From the NCBI GenBank assembly GCA_041652555.1, contig JBAZHE010000004.1, positions 657-64,656 of the forward strand: 64,000 bases of DNA. The letters are read 5' to 3'. Position 1 is the stretch's first letter; every line of letters begins with the position of its first letter. This DNA comes from Patescibacteria group bacterium (GTDB taxonomy: Bacteria; Patescibacteriota; Patescibacteriia; Patescibacteriales; WJLG01). Shown here piece after piece: positions 8,946 to 18,408 of this stretch. The position numbers and the translations under genes are program-made. The notes under the pieces are model-generated. The model worked only from the letters and a program-made list of their open reading frames with translations, searched no databases and was not told the origin of the DNA.

Positions 8946-11291
8946 GTGATGGAGGAACCAATCTTTTTTAAAAACGCCCTAAAAAAGCGATCCCAAAAAA
9001 CAAGGATAGCTTGGTTGGTCGCGGTTTTATTTTTGTTTATTATTCCTTTAACGACTCAAGCGACTATTTATCAGCCTGGCGCAACTTTAAATCCTGATTG
9101 TCCGCCTTCGGACGACCCGTCCACTTGTGGCGTAATTGCGCCGGCCACAGCCGGATCAAATTCTAATATCACTTCACTTAACGGTTTGACAACTCCCCTT
9201 TCCGTTGACCAAGGTGGCACCGGTTTGGTAGATGTTGGATCCGACGGGCAAGCGCTAATATCTTCTGGCGGAGCTTTAGCCTGGACTGCGCTGGATACTT
9301 CAGTTGTTTCAGAAAACGGCGCTTTTTATTTTACCAACGCCCGAGCTCGTTTGGCTATTTCCTCAACAATTACCGGCCTTTCTTATGCTTCCACTACCGG
9401 TATTTTTTCAATAAATTCCGGTTACGAAACAACCTTGGTAGCTTCGTCCACGCAATGGAATAATTTATATCACAATCCTTCCTTGATTTACGGCGCCTCA
9501 GATAATTTAATTTGGACTGATAATTCTATCGGAGTGGCATCAGGTTATTCAATTCCACTCACGGCTTCTTCAACGCAATGGAACAATTTTTTTCATACTT
9601 CAACTACATCACCTTCCTTTAGCTCCACTGGAAATTTCCTTGGCACTTGGGATGGCTATGCTACCAATACTTTACCTTACTTAGCTGATACCACTGTTTT
9701 GGAACCTTTATGGCGGGCAGCTTCCACTACTGTGTTAACCACGGACACCGAACTTGAACCATTGTGGCGAGCGGCTTCATCTACTGTATTAACTACCGCT
9801 ACTGAACTTGAACCGTTATGGCGGGCAGCTTCATCATCTTTAACTATTGCTTCATCTACTCAGTGGAATAAATTTTTTCATGCTTCCACCACATTGCCAT
9901 ATTTAGCTGATACCACTATTTTGGAACCGTTATGGCGAGCGGCTTCTTCATCTTTGACTGTGGCTTCTTCCACACAATGGAATAATTTATATCACAATCC
10001 TTCCTTAATTTACGGCGCTTCGGACAATTTAAGTTGGACCGGTAATTCCATCGGCGTAGCCACCGGTTATTCAATTCCGCTCACTGCTTCTTCTTCGCAG
10101 TGGAATAAATTTTTTCATGCTTCAACCACTTTGCCATATCTAGCTAATACCACCGTCTTAGAACCGTTGTGGTGGGCGGCTTCCACTACCGTATTAACTA
10201 CCGCTACCGAGCTTGAACCTTTATGGCGAGCCGCTTCTTCATCTTTAACTATTGCTTCATCTACGCAGTGGGATAAGTTCTTTCATGCCTCAACCACATT
10301 GCCATATTTAACTGATACTACCGTCTTGGAACCTTTATGGCGCGCCGCTTCTACTACTGTATTAACTACCGCCACCGAACTTGAACCGTTGTGGCGAGCC
10401 GCTTCTTCATCATTGACAGTGGCTTCGTCCACACAATGGAATAATCTATATCACAATCCTTCCTTAATTTATGGTGCCTCGGACAATTTAACTTGGACTG
10501 GCAATTCCATCGGTGTAGCCACAAATTATTCAATTCCGCTCACAGCTTCTTCTACGCAATGGAACGGATTCTTTCATGCTTCTTCATCATTCTTTAAACT
10601 TGACCAAACTACTCCTCAATCAGTAATCAACGGCGTTCCTTACATTGTAAACGGAATTAAAACTCCAAAGATTTATCCAAATGCCGACAGCACAACCGCT
10701 ATTCAGTTTAACAAAGCAGACGGCACTACTAATGTATTGAACGTTGATACTACGAATGGAAGGGTTGGAATTGGAACAATTACGCCACAAACCCCTCTCG
10801 ATGTAGTAGTAAGTCCTGGTGTTAGTATGCTTATAGATTATTATGCTGCAGGACGTTCTCCAAGATTTAGTAGTTCTGGTGGTTTTGGGTATTTATATTT
10901 TAAACCAGCCAGCCAATACACCATTTTTGATGGTATAGGTAATAATAATTCGACATTACAAATACAATCTTATAGCACAGGCGTTGCCGAGCTTAAATTT
11001 TTCAATACTAATGGTGGTAGTACAAGCTATAACAAAATTACTACTTCTAATTATGGTGGTGGTAACGCTAATTTATCAATAGTTCCAGATGGTGGAAAAG
11101 TTGGGATTGGTCTTTTAGCACCAACAGCAGTATTACACCTTAAAGCCTCTACAGCTACTGCTAATACTGCCAGTTTAAAGATTGACGCTGGTGTTGTCGC
11201 TACTACGCCAGTAAGCGGAAATATAGAAAGCGATGGAACGCACTTATGGTGGACTGATAGCGGAGGAACACGTCATCAATTAGATAATTAA
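8946..11291 (+). CDS. Repeat-rich secreted or anchored surface protein with tail-fibre-like C-terminal region
   Basis: N-terminal anchor (IAWLVAVLFLFIIPL). Nested repeats LEPLWRAASS.VLTTATE and SSTQWNN(L/F).H...SIPLTASSTQWN. C-terminal GRVGIGTITPQTPLDVV motif shared with ORFs 40171-42624 and 46702-48354. Confidence 0.7.
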   Translation: MMEEPIFFKNALKKRSQKTRIAWLVAVLFLFIIPLTTQATIYQPGATLNPDCPPSDDPSTCGVIAPATAGSNSNITSLNGLTTPLSVDQGGTGLVDVGSDGQALISSGGALAWTALDTSVVSENGAFYFTNARARLAISSTITGLSYASTTGIFSINSGYETTLVASSTQWNNLYHNPSLIYGASDNLIWTDNSIGVASGYSIPLTASSTQWNNFFHTSTTSPSFSSTGNFLGTWDGYATNTLPYLADTTVLEPLWRAASTTVLTTDTELEPLWRAASSTVLTTATELEPLWRAASSSLTIASSTQWNKFFHASTTLPYLADTTILEPLWRAASSSLTVASSTQWNNLYHNPSLIYGASDNLSWTGNSIGVATGYSIPLTASSSQWNKFFHASTTLPYLANTTVLEPLWWAASTTVLTTATELEPLWRAASSSLTIASSTQWDKFFHASTTLPYLTDTTVLEPLWRAASTTVLTTATELEPLWRAASSSLTVASSTQWNNLYHNPSLIYGASDNLTWTGNSIGVATNYSIPLTASSTQWNGFFHASSSFFKLDQTTPQSVINGVPYIVNGIKTPKIYPNADSTTAIQFNKADGTTNVLNVDTTNGRVGIGTITPQTPLDVVVSPGVSMLIDYYAAGRSPRFSSSGGFGYLYFKPASQYTIFDGIGNNNSTLQIQSYSTGVAELKFFNTNGGSTSYNKITTSNYGGGNANLSIVPDGGKVGIGLLAPTAVLHLKASTATANTASLKIDAGVVATTPVSGNIESDGTHLWWTDSGGTRHQLDN
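9400..10590 (+). repeat. Intragenic nested tandem repeats (about 42-nt LEPLWRAAS units embedded in longer ~300-nt units)
   Basis: Near-identical DNA and protein blocks recur at least 3 times (long unit) and about 9 times (short unit) within the 781-aa ORF. Confidence 0.8.
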
Positions 11292-11349
11292 ATTAAACTA
11301 CTAAAATTAATAAACTTTAAAAATTAACTCCAAATAAATAATTAAAACT

Positions 11350-12297
11350 ATGCTTAAAAAAACAAATATCCTAATTTTTCTGCTGGCGCTGATTTTAATC
11401 ATCACCAGTTGCGGAGCGTATTATTTTTACAGTCGCGCTCATAAAGCCGAACAAGATCCGAGCATTCTCGCCCAACAAGAAGTCGCCAGTGTCGTCGCCA
11501 TCGTTGGCCAATTAATGGTTCTTCCCCCCGATGAAACTCCGTTTTTAGCAACTGTGATGAACAAAGAAAATCTCCAAGACCAGCCGTTTTTTGCCGATGC
11601 GGAAGATGGAGATAAGCTCCTGATTTACGCCCAAGAAATGAAAGCGATTCTTTATCGGCCAAGTACGAACAAAGTTATTAATGTAGAACCAATTGTCTTA
11701 AATGCCCCGCAAAAAGCCTTAAAAATAGCTTATTATAACGGCACTGAAACAGCCTGGATAACCGACAGCGTGGAAGAAAAAATCCAAACCACTTTTGGCG
11801 CTTTAACGCAAACCGCCAGCAAAGGTGAGGCTATTAAAAAAGATTATCAAGACACAATAGTTGTGGATTTAACCGGAAAAAATTCCACCAGCACCCAAGT
11901 AATCGCCGCTTTTATGGGCGGTAAAATGGGATCATTGCCCGAGGGAGAAGTCGCGCCGACCGGAGCTGACGCTCTGATTATTTTAGGCAAAAACATCATT
12001 GCCCAAGTCTCGGAAAAACAACTCTTAAAAGTCGCTTATTATAACGGCTCTGAAACAGTCGGAATAACCGCCGGCATGGAAGAAAAAATCCAAGCCACTT
12101 TTGGCGCTTTAACGCAAACTGCCAGCAAAGACAATGCTATTAAAAAAGATTATCAAGGCATTTTAGTCGTAGATTTGACCGGAAGAAACGCCACCAGCAC
12201 CCAAGTAATCGCCTCTTTTATAGACGGTAAAGTGGGGTCGTTGCCCGCGGAAGAAACTAAACCGGAAGCTGATATTCTAATTCTTCTAGGCAACTAA
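11350..12297 (+). CDS. Membrane-anchored protein with two tandem LytR_C-like domains
   Basis: N-terminal TM (ILIFLLALILIITSC). Two ~90-aa repeats: LK(I/V)AYYNG(T/S)ET..IT...EEKIQ.TFGALTQTASK..AIKKDYQ...VVDLTG.N.TSTQVIA.F..GK.GSLP. Confidence 0.55.
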   Translation: MLKKTNILIFLLALILIITSCGAYYFYSRAHKAEQDPSILAQQEVASVVAIVGQLMVLPPDETPFLATVMNKENLQDQPFFADAEDGDKLLIYAQEMKAILYRPSTNKVINVEPIVLNAPQKALKIAYYNGTETAWITDSVEEKIQTTFGALTQTASKGEAIKKDYQDTIVVDLTGKNSTSTQVIAAFMGGKMGSLPEGEVAPTGADALIILGKNIIAQVSEKQLLKVAYYNGSETVGITAGMEEKIQATFGALTQTASKDNAIKKDYQGILVVDLTGRNATSTQVIASFIDGKVGSLPAEETKPEADILILLGN

Positions 12298-12351
12298 ACA
12301 CCAATTTAAAATTAAGCTACGCAAAAAAATAGTTATTCCTACCAATCTTAA

Positions 12352-13719
12352 ATGAATCTATCTAAAAGTAAAATTTTTATAATTATCGCTTTCTTTCTTC
12401 TTGTACCCGCGACAATTTTGGCGTCCGAATCAGACGGGACAATTCTTTCCGGCCATGAATACGGCTGGGGAGACCAGAGTGGCTGGGTGAATTTTGGTAC
12501 GACACTGGGCAATGTTCATGTTACTGATACCGGCCTTACTGGTTATGCTTGGGCGGCCAATCATGGCTGGATTAACCTTAATCCATCCCTGGGCGGAGTA
12601 CATAACGACAGTGCTGGCAATCTTTCCGGTTCGGCTTGGGGCGAACAATTGGGCTGGATAAGCTTTGCTAATGTTGGAATAGATGCTCAAGGAAATTTTA
12701 ATGGCACAGCGACTGGCACTTTAGCCGGCACAATTACCTTTGACTGCGCTTATTGCGATACTCGCACTGATTGGCGTCCAGCTTCTGCCCGCATCGTCTG
12801 TGGCAATGGAATTATTGAAACCGACGAACAATGCGATGGCGGAGATTTTGGAGGAAAAACTTGCGCCAGTTTGGGTTATTCTTCCGGATCGTTAAGCTGT
12901 CGGGCTGATTGCAGTCTTAATACTTCTGGTTGCTCTTCCGGAGACAGTGGAGGCGGAGGAGGAGGTGGCGTGGCTCCGGCTACCACTGTTATTTTTTCCG
13001 GCTGGGCTTATCCGAAAAGCATAATAACTCTTTTGAAAGACGCCCAAGTTGCGGCTACCGGCGTTGCTGGAACCAACGATGCTAGTTTTCAAATAACACT
13101 CACCGGTTTATCCGGTGGCAATTATACTTTTAGCGCCTATTCCGAAGATAGCCGAGGCAACCGCTCTTCTTTATTAACTTTTTCAGTGAGCGTTACTGCT
13201 GGCGTCACCACCAATGTCAACGGAGTTTTTATTGCCCCGACCATTTCTGTTGATAAAAAAGAAGTGGCACAAGGCGACGACATCACGATTTTCGGGCAAA
13301 GCGCTCCTGACAATGAAATTACCATTACGGTTAATTCAGAAGAGGCTCATTATGCCAAAACAATTTCTGACAAAAATGGCATTTATCTATATAATTTTGA
13401 TACTGCTCCGCTGGAATTAGGACAACATTTTACTAAATCAAAAGCAGCCGTAGAAGACAACATCAGCACTTTTAGCAAAACAATAGACTTTTTGGTCAGT
13501 ACCAAAACCATTATTTCCCCGCCAGCCCCAAAATGCCTACTCAAAGCCGATTTAAACGACGATTGCAAAATAAATTTAATCGATTTTTCCATTGCCGCTT
13601 ATTGGTATAAACGACCTTTAAACGCTGACATTAAAATCCTAGAAACGGAAAAACTAAACAACGATGGCAAAATTGATTTGGTTGATTTCAGTATTATGGC
13701 TTTCTACTGGACTGGTTAG
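12352..13719 (+). CDS. Secreted protein: GW(I/V)(N/S)F repeats, Cys-rich repeat, Ig-like region, C-terminal dockerin-like pair
   Basis: Signal peptide. GWVNFG / GYAWAANHGWINL / GWISFANVG. CGNGIIETDEQCDGGDFGGKTCASLGYSSGSLSCRADC. C-terminal DLNDDCKINLIDFSIAAYW and LNNDGKIDLVDFSIMAFYW (EF-hand-like dockerin repeats). Confidence 0.6.
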   Translation: MNLSKSKIFIIIAFFLLVPATILASESDGTILSGHEYGWGDQSGWVNFGTTLGNVHVTDTGLTGYAWAANHGWINLNPSLGGVHNDSAGNLSGSAWGEQLGWISFANVGIDAQGNFNGTATGTLAGTITFDCAYCDTRTDWRPASARIVCGNGIIETDEQCDGGDFGGKTCASLGYSSGSLSCRADCSLNTSGCSSGDSGGGGGGGVAPATTVIFSGWAYPKSIITLLKDAQVAATGVAGTNDASFQITLTGLSGGNYTFSAYSEDSRGNRSSLLTFSVSVTAGVTTNVNGVFIAPTISVDKKEVAQGDDITIFGQSAPDNEITITVNSEEAHYAKTISDKNGIYLYNFDTAPLELGQHFTKSKAAVEDNISTFSKTIDFLVSTKTIISPPAPKCLLKADLNDDCKINLIDFSIAAYWYKRPLNADIKILETEKLNNDGKIDLVDFSIMAFYWTG

Positions 13720-13773
13720 TAAAGTTAATTAGGCATAAAGACGAGTAAACCCTTAAACACTAATAAAATACCA

Positions 13774-14751
13774 ATGAATATTAACGTTCAAAATACACAA
13801 AAAAATATAAGCACTAAAGAAAAAATTACGAAAATTTTGTGTTTATTTGTATTTTTATTCGTGTTATTTAGTGTTTTGCCCGGCGTTGCGCAAGGAGCAG
13901 AACTCTATATAAATTCTACTAGCACAACAAATGGAGAATACGGCCTAAACCAGTCCTGGGAAACCAAAGTATTTTTAAACAGCGACGGCGAGGGCATCAA
14001 CGCGGTGGAGGGGAAATTTTTATTCCCATCCGATCTTTTGGAAGCCAAAACAATATCCGACGGAAACTCTGTTGTTAATTTATGGGTGGAAAAACCGCAA
14101 TTAGAATCCGATGGCCAAATCGTCTTTTCCGGCATTACCCCGGGAGGATACAATGGCGAGCAAGGATTAATTTTCTCGGTTATTTTTTCGTCCAAAAAAG
14201 AAGGCGATGGCGTGCTGGGATTAAGCCAGGCAAGGGCGCTTTTAAATGACGGCCAAGGCACGGTCGCGCCACTTTTAATTTCCAACTGGCAATTTTTGAT
14301 TTCCCCCGCATTTCCTTCTCCCACCTTGCCAATAGTTGAAGACATTTATCCGCCAGAGGAGTTTCTGCCTCAAATCACCCACTCCACAACGCTTTTCAAT
14401 AACCAATGGTTTTTAATCTTCGCCACTCAGGACAAAAATTCAGGGATAGACCGCTATGAAGTTAAAGAAAGTAAAAACGCAAAATCCGGTCGCTGGCTGG
14501 TGGCAGAAAGCCCTTATCTCCTTCAAGATCAGCAATTAAAAAGCTATATTTACGTTAAAGCGATTGATCAGACCGGCAATGAACGGATTGAAATACTCCA
14601 GCCACGAACACCAATATCAGATTACCAAAACATTATTAATATTATCACCCGCAACACCATCGCTTTAATAGTGCTAATTATCGTGCTAGCCCTGATTATT
14701 ATCGGTTATTTTACTAGAAATCTATGGAGAAAAAAACAAAGAAAACGCTAA
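13774..14751 (+). CDS. Cohesin-like domain protein with C-terminal TM anchor
   Basis: Signal peptide. ELYINSTS...INAVEGKFLFPSDLLEAKTISDGNSVVNLWVEKPQ...GQIVFSGITPGGYNG pattern, which I recall from CPR proteins annotated as cohesin-domain. C-terminal TM IALIVLIIVLALIIIGYF plus a basic tail. Confidence 0.5.
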   Translation: MNINVQNTQKNISTKEKITKILCLFVFLFVLFSVLPGVAQGAELYINSTSTTNGEYGLNQSWETKVFLNSDGEGINAVEGKFLFPSDLLEAKTISDGNSVVNLWVEKPQLESDGQIVFSGITPGGYNGEQGLIFSVIFSSKKEGDGVLGLSQARALLNDGQGTVAPLLISNWQFLISPAFPSPTLPIVEDIYPPEEFLPQITHSTTLFNNQWFLIFATQDKNSGIDRYEVKESKNAKSGRWLVAESPYLLQDQQLKSYIYVKAIDQTGNERIEILQPRTPISDYQNIINIITRNTIALIVLIIVLALIIIGYFTRNLWRKKQRKR

Positions 14752-16397
14752 TTTCAAAGCGGAACATCATTAATTTTTTAGCCATTGTCGGTTTTATTAT
14801 CGCGTCTTTTAATTTTGGCCAAGTCGCCAAAGCCGCCTCGCTTTATTTTTCTCCGACTTCTGGATCCTACGCCGTGGACAAAAATTTTTCCGTCAGCATC
14901 TATATTTCCAGCGCCGATCAGGCAATGAACACAGCTTCAAGCATAATTTTATTTCCTAAGGATAAATTAAAAATTATTTCAATTTCTAAAACAGGATCGA
15001 TTTTTAATTTTTGGGTCAAAGAGCCCGCTTTTGATAACGAAGCGGGAACGATAACTTTTGAAGGGATTGTACTAAACCCCGGCTTTATGGATAAAAACGG
15101 AAAAATTATCACTCTTACTTTTGGTGTCAAAACCGTCGGAACCGCCTCGCTAAATTTTTCTTCCGGCTTAGTCTTAGCCAATGACGGCAACGGCACCAAT
15201 ATTCCGTCAAGCTGGGGCAAAGCGAATTATTCGCTTACCGCAGCTACTCCGGCGCCACCGGTTATTGAACCAGTTCCAACTCCAGTCACCGGAAATCCTC
15301 TCTCCCCCTCAATTTTTTCTCTTACTCACCCCAACGTTCTTCCTTGGTATAACAATAATAATCCTCAATTTACCTGGACTATCTCTTCGGACATTACGTC
15401 TAGCCGAGCACTCACCGACAGGCTTCCTAATTCACGCCCAACAACTACTTACAGCCCGCCTTTTGCCGAAGAAAAAGTCAATAATCTAGAAGATGGCGTT
15501 TGGTATCTTCATGTGCAATTAAAAAATAAAGACGGCTGGGGCGACATCACTCATTTCCGTTTTCAAATTGACACCAAATCACCAGAACAATTCACTGTAA
15601 CCTTTGTTGATGGCAAAGAAACCGACAATCCGTACCCGAAAATCCTCTTAAGAGCAGTTGACGCTTCGTCAGGAATAGATTTTTATCAAATAAAAATCGA
15701 TGATGGCGAAATTATAACCATCCCAGCTGAAGCCGGAGAAAGTACTACTTACACTTTGCCACTGCAAAAACTGGGCGAACACAGCCTTACTGCCCAAGCC
15801 TTTGACCGAGCTGGAAATTACGCCACCGCCACCGCCGAAAAATTTACCATTGAATCCATTCTGCCACCGGTTTTCACCGATTATTCTTCCGCCATATTAA
15901 ACAACGAAATTTTAATAGCTAAAGGAATGACTTATCCCAACAACAGCCTAATTATCTGGTTGCAAAAAAGATCAGAAAATCCGCAAAGTTTTCAGATAGA
16001 AAGTGATAAAAACGGCGTCTTTGTCTTTACTTATAGCAAAAAATTAAAAAACGGCGCTTACCAACTTTGGGCGGAAACGGTTGATCCTCACGGCGCCAAA
16101 AGCGACCCTTCGAAAAAATTAACTATTACCGCCAAACAGCCACTAATTTGGAAAATCGGCCCCTGGACCATAGATTTCCCAAACATAATGGTTCTCTTCC
16201 TAGTATTGATTATTTTCTTAGCCGTCTTACTCCGATATTTGCGCAAACAAAAAAGTTACCAGCTTCTCAAAGAAGATGTTCGTCAACAGATAAAATTTCT
16301 TGAAAAAACCCGAACAAAAAGGTCGCTTACCAGTGAAGAGAAAAAAGCTATCATACATCTTAGAAAAAGTTTAAGCGAAAAAAATAATCGATTATAA
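14724..16397 (+). CDS. Cohesin-like plus Ig-like domain surface protein with C-terminal TM anchor
   Basis: LYFSPTSGSYAVDKNFSVSIYISSADQAMNTASSIILFPKDKLKIISISKTGSIFNFWVKEPAFDNEAGTITFEGIVLNPGF is paralogous to the previous ORF. C-terminal TM MVLFLVLIIFLAVLL. Confidence 0.5.
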   Translation: MEKKTKKTLISKRNIINFLAIVGFIIASFNFGQVAKAASLYFSPTSGSYAVDKNFSVSIYISSADQAMNTASSIILFPKDKLKIISISKTGSIFNFWVKEPAFDNEAGTITFEGIVLNPGFMDKNGKIITLTFGVKTVGTASLNFSSGLVLANDGNGTNIPSSWGKANYSLTAATPAPPVIEPVPTPVTGNPLSPSIFSLTHPNVLPWYNNNNPQFTWTISSDITSSRALTDRLPNSRPTTTYSPPFAEEKVNNLEDGVWYLHVQLKNKDGWGDITHFRFQIDTKSPEQFTVTFVDGKETDNPYPKILLRAVDASSGIDFYQIKIDDGEIITIPAEAGESTTYTLPLQKLGEHSLTAQAFDRAGNYATATAEKFTIESILPPVFTDYSSAILNNEILIAKGMTYPNNSLIIWLQKRSENPQSFQIESDKNGVFVFTYSKKLKNGAYQLWAETVDPHGAKSDPSKKLTITAKQPLIWKIGPWTIDFPNIMVLFLVLIIFLAVLLRYLRKQKSYQLLKEDVRQQIKFLEKTRTKRSLTSEEKKAIIHLRKSLSEKNNRL

Positions 16398-16424
16398 TTC
16401 GTCGCCAAATTCATAGAATAAAAA

Positions 16425-16453
16425 ATGAAACACTAAAAAGGTGTTTCATTTTT
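16425..16453 (+). terminator. Rho-independent terminator immediately before the island boundary
   Basis: ATGAAACAC-taaaaag-GTGTTTCAT followed by TTTTT. Confidence 0.75.
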
Positions 16454-16457
16454 ACTG

Positions 16458-16478
16458 GCGGAGAGTGAGGGATTTGAA
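16458..16478. repeat. attL: displaced copy of the tRNA-Ser 3' end
   Basis: Exact 21/21 match to 28834-28854. Confidence 0.85.
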
Positions 16479-16597
16479 AATGAAAAACGATTTTTAGAAT
16501 AAGCCTTTAAAATCAAGATTATTCAATGAATATGGGCTGAAAATAACTTTTTCAGTTTACCAACATTTACCATTTTTCATCATCTTTTATCGTTTTT

Positions 16598-16618
16598 TGG
16601 GCACAGGGTGGGCACAAA
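16598..16618. promoter_or_regulatory. 21-bp motif TGGGCACA-GGG-TGGGCACA-AA; candidate integrase arm-type site (left arm)
   Basis: Exact 21/21 match to 28708-28728. Internal 8-mer direct repeat with 11-bp register. Lies about 120 nt inside attL. Confidence 0.4.
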
Positions 16619-16664
16619 CTCACCGGCACAATACAGGGAAAACGATAAAATGATGATATTTCTA

Positions 16665-17009
16665 TTATTTAATCTTTTTGCTTTTTGTAAAAATCGCATT
16701 AAACAAATAATAAAGCAAGCAGGATAAAAAATAATAATAGAGGATGTTTAAAGTAAAGCTTAAAACCGAAATTAAAGAATTAATAGCTAGAAAAAATGAG
16801 CTATCGTAAGATGAATTGATTACAAGCCCTAAAGTTTTATTTATTAAGCTTATTATGAAGTTTATAGGTAAATCAAGGATAAAAATATTTGGAGTATCAC
16901 CTGGATTTTTCATTCTCAAAACAGACAAAGAATTAAAAAACCCCGATATATAAACAAATAGGATTGTGATCCAAAATTTAAAGCTGTTTAATTTAAAAAA
17001 AGGTTTCAT
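16665..17009 (-). CDS. Small polytopic membrane protein, unknown function (last gene of the rSAM operon)
   Basis: ORF-track protein with 3-4 hydrophobic segments (WITILFVYISGFF, FIISLINKTLGLVI, LISVLSFTLNILYYYFLSCLLYYLF). Confidence 0.45.
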   Translation of the reverse strand: MKPFFKLNSFKFWITILFVYISGFFNSLSVLRMKNPGDTPNIFILDLPINFIISLINKTLGLVINSSYDSSFFLAINSLISVLSFTLNILYYYFLSCLLYYLFNAIFTKSKKIK

Positions 17010-17022
17010 ATATTAATATCAA

Positions 17023-17202
17023 TTAAAAAAAAATCTTTCCAATTAAAAATAACGGCCAACCAATCATTACTATAATTACACTACTTATTCTTTCGTAAAG
17101 AGAAATATTTCTAGTTTCTCCGCCAATAAAATAAATAATTAACCCGACCAATAGATAAATAAAAATAACACTAAATACAATAATTATTTTTTTATTTTTC
17201 AT
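17023..17202 (-). CDS. 59-aa two-TM membrane protein (below the ORF-track size cutoff)
   Basis: Manual translation: MKNKKIIIVFSVIFIYLLVGLIIYFIGGETRNISLYERISSVIIVMIGWPLFLIGKIFF*. Confidence 0.35.
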   Translation of the reverse strand: MKNKKIIIVFSVIFIYLLVGLIIYFIGGETRNISLYERISSVIIVMIGWPLFLIGKIFF

Positions 17203-17233
17203 AGACCTTAATTATATCATTACAACTAAAAAC

Positions 17234-17497
17234 TTATCTTTTTGTGTTTATTTTTCTAAAAATAAAAAAGGATACTACAATACCAACGGCAGCACCAAGT
17301 AACGCTCCGAAGTCGCCACAAGATTCATAACCGCGCAAGCCGAACATATGACAGCAAAAACAGCTACAGTCATGACCTGTCACATCACAATCGCTCGCCC
17401 CTATCCCCATCATAGAAAACAAACCGAAGACGGCCAAAAGCAAAGTAAAAAATATCGCCCCGATCAGAAATAATATTTTTTTAATCATCTTATTCAT
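17234..17497 (-). CDS. 87-aa membrane protein with a 7-Cys loop between two TM helices
   Basis: ILFLIGAIFFTLLLAVFGLF...SDCDVTGHDCSCFCCHMFGLRGYESCGDFG...LLGAAVGIVVSFFIF. Its start abuts the stop of the upstream gene (17497/17498). Confidence 0.55.
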   Translation of the reverse strand: MNKMIKKILFLIGAIFFTLLLAVFGLFSMMGIGASDCDVTGHDCSCFCCHMFGLRGYESCGDFGALLGAAVGIVVSFFIFRKINTKR

Positions 17498-18247
17498 TTA
17501 CATTTTTTGCACCTCTTCCACTATTTTTAAAATTAAATCCTTTATATCTTCTTTTCCGTTTAAAACGAAACTTTTATTTATCTTTTTTACAATCTTATCG
17601 TGCTCCGGATAGCTCATAGTTGGTACGCCAAAAACTTTCAACCAGCTTGGAGAATTTTGCACTATAACATTGAATATTTCCGAGACATTCCAGACAAAAA
17701 AATTATATTTTTCTGGGCGATATTTTTTAAAAAGAGAATAAAAATATTCATAGAATATGAAATGAAGCATTTCGTGAGCAATGATAACATTGATATATTT
17801 GCGCGACCGAAATTTGTAAGGAACTTGGAAGGTTTTATCTTCTAAAAATCTCGGGTACATACTCCAGATTGTAAAATAAGCTGTGTACTCGCCTTTTGGC
17901 CAAGAAAAATCTCCAAACAAATCATTGATCAAATTAAAAAAATTCGGCTCAATCTTTTTCCAATTGGTTGCAAATATTTTTAAATTCTTATTCATCAATT
18001 CAGAATTAATAAAATATTGCTTCTTGATAAATTTCACAAGAGCATCATTGTTAGAAATTTTATTATCGGAAAAATATTTTTTTAATTGAGAATAATGCTT
18101 AAATACAGCCCACAACAAATTACGCCCATCGTCAAAAGCGGCATCAGCGGTAAAGGCTTGCAACGTTTTTATGTCTTTTTTGTAATCTATTTTAAATTTA
18201 ACTTTTGGATGCATAAAATTAAATGGAGGTATTATTAATACCTCCAT
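17498..18247 (-). CDS. HExxH-motif protein (putative zinc metallopeptidase), paralogous in motif context to 18604-19134
   Basis: YINVIIAHEMLHFIFYEYF. No other recognisable domain. Confidence 0.45.
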   Translation of the reverse strand: MEVLIIPPFNFMHPKVKFKIDYKKDIKTLQAFTADAAFDDGRNLLWAVFKHYSQLKKYFSDNKISNNDALVKFIKKQYFINSELMNKNLKIFATNWKKIEPNFFNLINDLFGDFSWPKGEYTAYFTIWSMYPRFLEDKTFQVPYKFRSRKYINVIIAHEMLHFIFYEYFYSLFKKYRPEKYNFFVWNVSEIFNVIVQNSPSWLKVFGVPTMSYPEHDKIVKKINKSFVLNGKEDIKDLILKIVEEVQKM

Positions 18248-18408
18248 TCTATCATTCTAACCTTAATTATTCAATTGAGACTAGTATTTTTATTTATGCT
18301 CCCCGAATTATGGATGATATTCAAACCAGCATACTATTTTAATCAGCACAAATAAAAAAGGGCTGTTATTAAACAACCCACAAATTTAAAATATGCTCGC
18401 TATTCAAC

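Noticed and set aside
9400-10590. Regularly spaced repeats as a possible CRISPR array
   Set aside because: The repeats are in frame within a long ORF, there are no unique spacers, and the units are nested and of variable length.
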